A program made the position numbers and the translations under genes. Of a DNA stretch of 64,000 bases, positions 56,104 through 64,000 are shown one piece after another (positions within the stretch are counted from its first letter, which is position 1; the number at the start of each line of letters is the position of its first letter). The DNA comes from Histomonas meleagridis 2922-C6/04-290x (Eukaryota; Protista; Parabasalia): the NCBI GenBank assembly GCA_020184695.1, contig JAANOX010000136.1, forward strand, positions 124,001 to 188,000, written 5' to 3'. The notes under the pieces were generated by a model. That model worked only from the letters and a program-made list of their open reading frames with translations. It was not told the origin of the DNA and ran no database searches.

Positions 56104-56429
56104 TAACACGACACTTCTTCCATTAATTACTTTTTTTGTTGGTTCTTCCGAAATTAAACGCCAAGAGTATTTACACGAAATACAAACAAATTCAAAATGA
56201 TTTCCCATTTCGTAAATAGGTATAAACAAATTACAGAAATATGCAATGATCAAATCCTTTAACTTAATTAATGAAAGTTCATGTGAATAATTAACTTTCA
56301 CTCAGGCATGCAGGTCGAACACATCTGTTTGAGATACGTATTCTTTTCAGCTGCTGTTATGTGCACCACAGCCACCGCCTCCTGCGTCTCTGTATGTTGC
56401 AACATGTGGTTAATTTCTTCCTTTGTCAT
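56029..56429 (-). CDS. Possible frameshifted TFIIS/Rpb9-type zinc-ribbon protein
   Basis: MTKEE...MCSTCMPE* in one frame and IAYF...FVCISCKYSW in the next; joining requires removing 2 mod 3 nt. Confidence 0.3.
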
Positions 56430-56565
56430 GTCAGTGTTGATCACGCCCAATGCGTATGTTGACTAACAAACAGTAGTTTGAGGAACTTTGTTCGACCGGT
56501 TATAACGCGAAATATGTCAAACAAAATTCAATGGAAATACTTATGTCAGATTTGTTCAAGTTCAA

Positions 56566-57723
56566 TTGTTTGTATTATTTCTTTTTGATTGCATTGTAAG
56601 ATGTGATATTAACTTGAAACCAGATGACATTGCAATATGTATTATGTCTGGCAAAGAATTATTACGTTCGAGAGTATTATCACAAATAAATTCATGGGTC
56701 GAAACATTTAATTCAGTATTTATATACAGCGATTTTTTTTCAGAAGAAGACAAACAGTTCCTTAAAAGTGCAAATCGACATGCAAATATTTCGTTAATTG
56801 AAATATCAAATAAAGCTGAACATATCATTGGTGGACAAAACACTAAGAAGTGGTACGAAGCACAGCCACGTTTTCTTCCAGCCATGAAGGACATGTGGTT
56901 ACGGCATCCGACTGCTAAATGGTATTTAATTGGTGATGACGACACATATTTCTATCATAAGAACATTATACGTCGTTTAGCCAAATACGATTCCTCTTTA
57001 CCGCAAGTCATATCATACTTCTGGTGTTCATGGGGGGAAGTCATCCAATACATGGAACCAGATCGCGACTGTCATCCATTTGCACAAGGCGGCAGCGGCG
57101 TCATCTTCAGCAAGACGATGATGAATATGATCGGGCCGCATTTAGACGAATGCAACGACAAATATAACGGCGCGAATCACGCAGCGTCAATGCGGGTCAC
57201 AGTTTGCATGGAGCGTTTATTCGGGTATAACAATTGGACGAGTGGAGTGTACATTAAGCCGTGGCGATCGGGCATACATCCGAACTCTCCGAAGGATGTC
57301 ATCATGCAACAGAACACGTGGGACGCGCCGGGGACATTTCATCAAGTGAATCCGCGCGAAATGCTCCAAATAAAGAAGACGCACATCGTTGAGTTCGATG
57401 ACGGATTTGTCGACTTTGCACATTTCGCGTTCAGAACAATCCCCGTCGAATTGACGCGGAGAAGGATTTGGTGTTTGCACTTCGGATATTGCATAGATAA
57501 CTTCGGGTCGCACGAAAACAGGTTCATGGCGACAAGTGCATTGGAAACAGGCGATAGCGGAATGAGCTACAGACAGACGTTCGAAGGGAACATCGCGGTG
57601 GAGATTAGGTGCGACGAGAGCATGGAGGAAAGCGCCGTGGAGGTAGAGGACGTGCAGAGGGATTTGGAAGTGAGGGTCAGACTGGCGATGAAGTGCCCCA
57701 AGAAGCAGAGGTACTACGTGTAG
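56566..57723 (+). CDS. GT31 / fringe-like glycosyltransferase
   Basis: AKWYLIGDDDTYF DxD motif, FAQGGSGVIFS and GTFHQV; hydrophobic N-terminus. The annotated start codon is TTG, so the start is uncertain. Confidence 0.9.
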   Translation: MFVLFLFDCIVRCDINLKPDDIAICIMSGKELLRSRVLSQINSWVETFNSVFIYSDFFSEEDKQFLKSANRHANISLIEISNKAEHIIGGQNTKKWYEAQPRFLPAMKDMWLRHPTAKWYLIGDDDTYFYHKNIIRRLAKYDSSLPQVISYFWCSWGEVIQYMEPDRDCHPFAQGGSGVIFSKTMMNMIGPHLDECNDKYNGANHAASMRVTVCMERLFGYNNWTSGVYIKPWRSGIHPNSPKDVIMQQNTWDAPGTFHQVNPREMLQIKKTHIVEFDDGFVDFAHFAFRTIPVELTRRRIWCLHFGYCIDNFGSHENRFMATSALETGDSGMSYRQTFEGNIAVEIRCDESMEESAVEVEDVQRDLEVRVRLAMKCPKKQRYYV

Positions 57724-57840
57724 ATTGAAATTAATAAATTATGTACATATTGTAAAGCAATTGTTCACTTTGACTTCTGATAAAAGTACAATTTGGCGCT
57801 GTCATTTCCCAACAAATTAATTTGTCATCGCTGCGCACGT

Positions 57841-58266
57841 TGTGTATATGTGATTTGTGTTTGTGTATATGTGATTTGTGTTTGTGTATATGTGATTTGT
57901 GTTTGTGTATATGTGATTTGTGTTTGTGTATATGTGATTTGTGTTTGTGTATATGTGATTTGTGTTTGTGTATATGTGATTTGTGTTTGTGTAGATGTGA
58001 TTTGTGTTTGTGTAGATGTGATTTTTGTTTGTGTATATGTGATTTGTGTTTGTGTATATGTGATTTGTGTTTGTGTATATGTGATTTGTGTTTGTGTATA
58101 TGTGATTTGTGTTTGTGTATATGTGATTTGTGTTTGTGTATATGTGATTTGTGTTTGTGTATATGTGATTTGTGTTTGTGTAGATGTGATTTGTGTTTGT
58201 GTATATGTGATTTGTGTTTGTGTATATGTGATTTGTGTTTGTGTATATGTGATTTGTGTTTGTGTA
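57841..58266 (+). repeat. 21-nt minisatellite, 20 copies of TGTGTATATGTGATTTGTGTT
   Basis: Exact 21-nt period over 420 nt with a few TAT>GAT and one G>T variants. Confidence 0.98.
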
Positions 58267-58764
58267 GGAATTTGGCTAAATCATCCGAAGGTTGGCCTGA
58301 TGGTGGTAATGTAAGGAAAACTACAAAACGGCGAAGTAAGGCTGCAGATTTCGTTTTGCGGTTTAGAATTTGCCATTTTGATGCAAAATTTAAATACAAA
58401 ATAATGTAATAGCTGCAATCACTTCACACAGCAGTCGGTGTGCGTGTTGTTATATTACGAACATATTATGATTTTATTGCGCTGATTTGAGATTATGACA
58501 TCATTTTACAATCATCTCACATTACATTACATGGATATATAGGTAAGCCATTGGAAATGGAAAACCAGAGGATTTTTGGTAGAGGATTTTTCCTGAATCC
58601 GATATTTAGCCAAGAAATGCATTTCTTACGATAGAACTTTCTATAGAACGATAGTGTTATTCAATTCGATTTTTACTATCGTTTGCATATTTGGAACATT
58701 TTTAGTGCTTATGAGGGAAATCGAAAATGAAGAAAGCCAAGTTTGAAACTAATTGTTTACTGAC

Positions 58765-58950
58765 TTACCTGCCCCAGGCTGGTGCGTGTTGTGAGTATTG
58801 GAAGGATACTGTGGCACCGCAGCTTCCGCAAACGTTTGCTGCGCGAGGACGAGAACCATTGGCATCACGACCACAGCTATTGCAGTATGTTGTTCCGCAA
58901 CGTGGACATGTCTTCCATGAGTTAGCAGTGTGGCAATATGGACAACCCAT
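58765..58950 (-). CDS. 61-aa protein with four CxxC motifs (zinc-binding miniprotein)
   Basis: MGCPYCH...TCPRCG..YCNSCG...VCGSCG...WGR*; ATG at 58950; C-ending codon preference. Confidence 0.75.
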   Translation of the reverse strand: MGCPYCHTANSWKTCPRCGTTYCNSCGRDANGSRPRAANVCGSCGATVSFQYSQHAPAWGR

Positions 58951-59494
58951 TCTAAAAAATGAGGTGACACAAACAATAGCAAATTGAGTACAATGCATTG
59001 AACCACCAGTTTTTGAATGAGCAGTTTCAGTGAAAAAATCTGGTGATTGTGAACTCATATTTAGGGTGTTGGAATTCAATTTTCAATCGCAATAAAAAAC
59101 AATGAAAACCCACGAGTAAACAATGTGTTTGGGTGACATGTCAGTACTGATATGAAATGTAATTTTAGAAATAGATATTAAAACAAAATGTTCAATTTCA
59201 AATTTTGTAAAGGTCACAAAAGTAAATAAAAATTCAATTGCAAATTGCGCTTTGTGACACAAAGTGTCCGAAGCACTCTTTTAGTAAATGGGTTTTTAAT
59301 CAAAATGAGTCTTCACATAGATATTTTTTAAAAAATGAATTCATCATTTGAGGATTTATTCTTAAATATTAAAGGGCCACCACGTGGTAATCTTTAAGAT
59401 GTTATTAGAGGAATCAGAATGATGATGTGTCGCGCTCCAGAAGTTTTGATTTTGATTTTTTTCTCTTGGGTATTGGGGTGCACCGGAAAACGTT

Positions 59495-59989
59495 ATGAAA
59501 TTTATACATTCTTTTTCCAACATGCAAAAAACATTTTCATATCCAGAATTTTCTAAAACAGTCAAAGATGAATGGGAGCTGGATATCATAAATATATTTT
59601 GCTGCTTTGATACAGAACGTGAAGGTATAATCCCAAGAGATTCGGCAATTCATGCTTTTAAACTATTAGGAATGAATGGAGAAGATCACTTTTCGAAGAA
59701 AGAGATAACAATTCAAATGTTCATTGATGCAGTACGTGATGAAAGAGAAAGAAATAGTTTTGATAATGTTCGTAGATGGAGTTATATATTTTCATTAATA
59801 GCTGGTCCAAATAATGAAACAATTACCACAGAGTCTCTTCGTAACTTTTTTTCGATGTTTGGTCATACACCAGAAGCAAGATTTTGTGATGATTTTATCG
59901 ATGAATTTGATAGAACAAACCTTAAAAAAACAGAAATCACGTTAGATGATTGGTTAATGTTCTGTAGAATTCATAGATTTCCTTTTTAA
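59495..59989 (+). CDS. Divergent EF-hand (centrin/calmodulin-like) protein
   Basis: IFCCFDTEREGIIP...AFKLLG and FIDEFD...EITLDDW resemble EF-hand loops. Confidence 0.7.
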   Translation: MKFIHSFSNMQKTFSYPEFSKTVKDEWELDIINIFCCFDTEREGIIPRDSAIHAFKLLGMNGEDHFSKKEITIQMFIDAVRDERERNSFDNVRRWSYIFSLIAGPNNETITTESLRNFFSMFGHTPEARFCDDFIDEFDRTNLKKTEITLDDWLMFCRIHRFPF

Positions 59990-60074
59990 GAAGGTCGAAT
60001 TTTTATCCCATTTTATGAAAACCGTTTAAAACACAAAAGTGACACGACGATACAGAACATGGCCTTATACAAAA

Positions 60075-60737
60075 ATGGCACATAAGCTTTCGGATGAATG
60101 GTCATTTTATGGTTTCACAATGCCATCTTCCGATGAAACCAATGAAACTGAAGAAAGCTACTCCAATCATATCAAGCTTCTTGCACGTTTTTCCACAGTA
60201 GAAGAATTTTGGGCATCATATTCTCATATCATACGCCCTTCATCACTTCCAAATCATGGAGCCCTTCACCTTTTCCGTGGAACATCAAGAGCTATGCGTG
60301 AAGACCCAGAACATATCAATGGAGGATCTTTTCTTTTCCGAGTTTCAAAAGGAATGGCTTCATATTACTGGGAACAACTCATCCTTGCACTTATTGGTGG
60401 TCGTCTTGATGATGATGTTATTGGAATTCTTATATCAGCTCGTCCAAAATTTTATAATATTTCAATTTGGCAAAAGAATGCTGGCGATGAAGCTCTCCGC
60501 CTTGAAATATGTAAGAAATTCTGTGAATGCATACATTTACCATTGAAGACAAGAATTGATTATACCAAACATAACACAGTTATCAATACTGAAGATAATT
60601 CAAAACGCTTGGTACACTATATCTTGGAAGAAGAAGGTCCAGTTTGCAAGGAATTACCAACAAGAGCTCAACCACATCCTGAGGATGATAAAAAAGATGT
60701 CAAATCTGAAGAAACCAATGTGACGCCGAAAGAATAA
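60075..60737 (+). CDS. eIF4E-family protein, 4EHP/class II-like
   Basis: HKLSDEWSFY, FSTVEEFWASYSHIIRPS, LHLFR, EDP...GG, YWEQLILALIG and ISIWQK motifs; first ATG at 60075. Confidence 0.92.
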   Translation: MAHKLSDEWSFYGFTMPSSDETNETEESYSNHIKLLARFSTVEEFWASYSHIIRPSSLPNHGALHLFRGTSRAMREDPEHINGGSFLFRVSKGMASYYWEQLILALIGGRLDDDVIGILISARPKFYNISIWQKNAGDEALRLEICKKFCECIHLPLKTRIDYTKHNTVINTEDNSKRLVHYILEEEGPVCKELPTRAQPHPEDDKKDVKSEETNVTPKE

Positions 60738-60947
60738 ATACGTTATCTGCAGCCAAATATTGTTAATTCCAAAAAGGAATATTCCTTTTTCATTTTTAAA
60801 ATAACTGAAATTTTGTGAGTCAACGATACGTTTTTTGAATGCTTTTTGATACGATACGTTCAGAATTATTTTATCGTCTATTTCAACATCTTTTCAAGAG
60901 TTTTAAAATTAAATTGAAAAAACACAGAGTTTATTGAAATTAAATAT

Positions 60948-61847
60948 TTACACAACTAATTCACTAAGAAGTGATTCGATCTCATTCATTATTTCTGTTT
61001 CATTAACAATTTCCATCATAATTGCTTCACTTGCTTCCATTATAAGTGTGCTTTGCTCTCCTTGAGTATAATCATTTTTCTCGCTTTCTTGAATGAGGTT
61101 GGAAATGCGATCTTCAATTTCTTCTGATTTGATTAGCATTTCTTTTATGTTCTGCTTTTTGATGTTAGCAATTTCTTGCTTTTTTTGTAGCTCTTTATTG
61201 AGGATGTGGAATTCTTCAGATCGTTTTGATGTGATGGTCTGAATATTGGAAATTTCTGATTCAAGTTTATCGGATTCTTTAATTATTTGTTGAAATGACG
61301 CTAATTCTTCATTTGATTGCCTTTCAAGTTGCTTTAGCTGGTTCTCATCTTTCTTAAGCTGTGCTAATTTACTTTGTTTATCTATTAAAATTTCTTGCAA
61401 ATCATTTAATTCTTGTTGAACAGCTAAAATTTTTCGCTCTTTTTGTTGATACTGTATTTGTAATTGCTTATAATTTAGTTCAAGTATTTTATATTGATTG
61501 ATTGACTTGTCATATTCTTGCTTTTCTCTGTTTCTAGAATCACTTGACATTTTCCGCAGCTGAGATATCATTTTTTCTTCATCCTTTAAATCTTTATGTT
61601 TTTGTTGAATATTTGAAAATTTTGATTCAACACCAGAATCTTTTGAAACATTGCTTTTACTACTAATTTTTTTGAGTTGTGTACGCAAAGCAAGCAATTC
61701 TATTTTTGCATCAGTAAAAGTTTTAAATTTAGGAATTCGATCAATATTTTCTATTATGTAATTACGGTGACGTGAAAGAGCGTCCTCAAGTTCCATGAGC
61801 TGAGAGTTTGTATCAGGGCTTCTTTTAAATCTTTTCGAAGAGCTCAT
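60948..61847 (-). CDS. Coiled-coil hypothetical protein
   Basis: Heptad-rich ORF; first ATG at 61847. Confidence 0.75.
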   Translation of the reverse strand: MSSSKRFKRSPDTNSQLMELEDALSRHRNYIIENIDRIPKFKTFTDAKIELLALRTQLKKISSKSNVSKDSGVESKFSNIQQKHKDLKDEEKMISQLRKMSSDSRNREKQEYDKSINQYKILELNYKQLQIQYQQKERKILAVQQELNDLQEILIDKQSKLAQLKKDENQLKQLERQSNEELASFQQIIKESDKLESEISNIQTITSKRSEEFHILNKELQKKQEIANIKKQNIKEMLIKSEEIEDRISNLIQESEKNDYTQGEQSTLIMEASEAIMMEIVNETEIMNEIESLLSELVV

Positions 61848-62135
61848 GAGAATAAACGTACTCGATACCAAAATTATAAACGTTCGAAATTCCTAAAATT
61901 TCAAACACTTTTTCATCACCAAAGCATAAATTTCTTGATTTTATCAGGAATCTGTTTTATTAAACTATTTATTTTGTTATTGAAAAGATGAAGCTACTCA
62001 AGAATGTGAAGATATTTTAACAATTTCACAATTTCATTACCATTTTTACCTTGATATCACGAACAGTATTCACTATTTGTTTATTAAAAACATTAATCAA
62101 AAACATTATTTTATGTATACATAATTATTTTCATT

Positions 62136-64000
62136 TTATAGTTCGACATTTTTAGGCTTCAAATTCGCCTTCACATTTTCATATGCATTTTTCAATCTCT
62201 CAAACAATATCAGTATGTCATCGAGCACCAAATCGTTTCCGTTTTTGTGTTCCTCAATATAATCGTCTGCTTTTTGGCATTCTCTTCCTAATCTTCTTAG
62301 CAATTTCTTCGGCGGCTTCATTCCCATTTTTGGCCAATGCTTTTCCACAGCATCATTTACGTCGTCAAGTAATTCTTCGAGTCGTTCGAATGCTTCTGGC
62401 GCTTCTTCTTTATCTTTCCCGCGTTTTATCAAGTCATGTGAAGCACTTTCTATTTCATATCGGAATTGCTTTAGCTCATTTTCATTTGTGATTTTTTCGT
62501 TCGTTACTTTGTATTGAATGCTTGCAATTAACTTTAGAACCTTTTCGCGTTCTTCCGGTGTGGACGTTTCAATGATAGAAGGCTCAAATGAGATTTTCTC
62601 ACGCGAATCAATGAGAAAAGATTCGAAATCATGTAAAATGGAATCTTGTTGTCGTTGTTTTTGTTCTTTCTCTTCAAAGGATCGAATAATTTTCTCAGTG
62701 GAACTACGCTTGCTTTTATAAAGCCCTGATTTGGAGAATTTATGGTACCCAGTGACTTTCACTTGACCTTCAATTATCTCATATGTTCCTTGATCAAGTA
62801 AACCTATAGTTCGAATATATGGCTTGATTCCAAGCGGAAGCTTTTGCTTGCTTTGATACTTAAAAGTAGCATACTTTTCATCTTTGATTAATGAAATGTT
62901 ATATAAAGGTAATCCCTCAAATTTTATGGGGGACGTTAAATAACTCCCGAGTCGGGATGCCTCAAAATAACCGGCGCCGATAACGTTGGCTTCTTCTGTG
63001 TTTAACGAACGCATCACTGGCACTTTTCCATTGAAAATGTTGTTGATGAAGTCAATGAAAAGTGGCGATCGAGTTCCTCCACCAATTAACTCAAACCGAT
63101 CTATATCTTCATATACATCAAACCCTGCTTGGTGAAAAGCTTCAAAGAATGTTTTGTTAAGAACCTTAAGCTCATTTTTGCAAATTGATTTGAGCTTTTC
63201 TAATGAGAATGTAAAAGTCATATCAAGCCCATGTACTAAATCTTCAAGATACAGTGTAACATTTGGCTGAAGAGTAAGTTCGTGTTTGACTTTTCTACCA
63301 GCAGCAATAATTTTTTGAACAGATTTCTCATCTATTTCAATTTTTGGGTTTTGCTTTAGAACTTCACGTCTAATTTCTTCTGCAATTTTCACATCAACAG
63401 AATATGAACCAAATGTATCTGTCCATGAATAACCAAGCTCCTGTACTACCGGTCCATCTTTCTCATAGTTAAACTCTTGTACGGAAACTTGCATTTGGGA
63501 AGCGCCAATGTCAATAAAGCAAACCATTAATGTATTGTTTTTAAAAAGTTGTCCTCGTTCAACAGCGAAAAGAGTTCCCACAGCAGAAGTTGTTTCAATG
63601 AGATGTGGTTTGTATGTAGACAATTTTGCAGCTCGTGAAAAGGCAGCTCTTTGATGGTGTGTAAGGAATTTAGGAATTACAAGTGATACTGAATCAACAG
63701 TAGCATTTGGTTTAGATTTTGAATAGTCATCAATTGCCAGTGAAATAAGTTGTGATGCATAGAATTCAGGCGGTGCTGTAAGATCAAGATACTTATCTTC
63801 ATCACAATCAAAAGGCATTGTGAGATTTCTTTTTGCAAAATAAGAAATAAGCTTGGAACTGTAGTTTTTACCAAGAAGTTGTGGTAAAAAACGAATCGCT
63901 TTTGATGGATATCTTGTGATGATTGATGAATCGCCTGTAAGTCGTTGAAAACAATTTACATCTTCGCTAGTGATTATAACTGGCGCATCTTCTGTTGTTG
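62136..64000 (-). CDS. Hsp70-superfamily ER chaperone (Grp170/HYOU1-like), 5-prime partial
   Basis: FIDIGAS, ELIGGGTRSP, SLNTEEANVIGA motifs; C-terminal KNVEL retention-like signal; frame stays open upstream of 63818 to the window end. Confidence 0.85.
   Translation of the reverse strand, partial: TTEDAPVIITSEDVNCFQRLTGDSSIITRYPSKAIRFLPQLLGKNYSSKLISYFAKRNLTMPFDCDEDKYLDLTAPPEFYASQLISLAIDDYSKSKPNATVDSVSLVIPKFLTHHQRAAFSRAAKLSTYKPHLIETTSAVGTLFAVERGQLFKNNTLMVCFIDIGASQMQVSVQEFNYEKDGPVVQELGYSWTDTFGSYSVDVKIAEEIRREVLKQNPKIEIDEKSVQKIIAAGRKVKHELTLQPNVTLYLEDLVHGLDMTFTFSLEKLKSICKNELKVLNKTFFEAFHQAGFDVYEDIDRFELIGGGTRSPLFIDFINNIFNGKVPVMRSLNTEEANVIGAGYFEASRLGSYLTSPIKFEGLPLYNISLIKDEKYATFKYQSKQKLPLGIKPYIRTIGLLDQGTYEIIEGQVKVTGYHKFSKSGLYKSKRSSTEKIIRSFEEKEQKQRQQDSILHDFESFLIDSREKISFEPSIIETSTPEEREKVLKLIASIQYKVTNEKITNENELKQFRYEIESASHDLIKRGKDKEEAPEAFERLEELLDDVNDAVEKHWPKMGMKPPKKLLRRLGRECQKADDYIEEHKNGNDLVLDDILILFERLKNAYENVKANLKPKNVEL

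Noticed and set aside
56360-56400. U6 snRNA, suggested by ACAGAGA on the minus strand
   Set aside because: The downstream AGC triad and internal stem-loop of U6 are absent.
57731-58409. Three overlapping ORFs across the 21-nt repeat
   Set aside because: All begin at non-ATG codons and are open because the repeat unit lacks stops in those frames; reported as a repeat.
524-63874. Short antisense or alternate-frame ORFs overlapping longer genes (e.g. 524..745, 34368..34760, 40545..40913, 48212..48505, 56562..56945, 62183..62491)
   Set aside because: Shadow ORFs with no motifs, lying on or against well-supported CDSs.
1-64000. tRNA, rRNA and transposon or Maverick genes
   Set aside because: None recognisable by eye; covariance-model and profile searches would be needed to exclude divergent copies.

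Overview
AT-rich, gene-dense eukaryotic DNA, most likely from a parabasalid (Trichomonas/Tritrichomonas/Histomonas group). This is inferred from DUF3447-ankyrin genes, an R2R3 Myb, TCACTT initiator motifs just upstream of ATGs and near-absence of canonical introns. About 30 protein genes are present, including PA200/Blm10, two head-to-head ABCB half-transporters, an S8 protease, a GT31 glycosyltransferase, an eIF4E, a Grp170-type Hsp70 and BEACH-, TBC-, MCM- and OB-fold-like proteins. Main discovery: the eight ankyrin loci look shattered in the ORF track but are not ordinary pseudogenes. The loop between consecutive repeats is written as 20-nt modules, each a 17-nt U-rich insert (consensus RTT...WTTT, no GT-AG, no branch point) followed by one 3-nt codon. 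Removing the inserts (roughly 250 by my manual count) rebuilds the canonical D-x-x-G-x-T-A-L ankyrin loop and gives six continuous ORFs of 270-966 aa. This implies an apparently undescribed processing system (non-canonical micro-introns with single-codon exons, deletion editing, or serial ribosomal bypassing). No machinery for it is recognisable in the window. Second highlight: a secreted 353-aa protein with four cationic amphipathic helices separated by acidic domains, resembling a multi-copy antimicrobial or cytolytic peptide precursor. All parsing and counts were done by eye; no searches were run.
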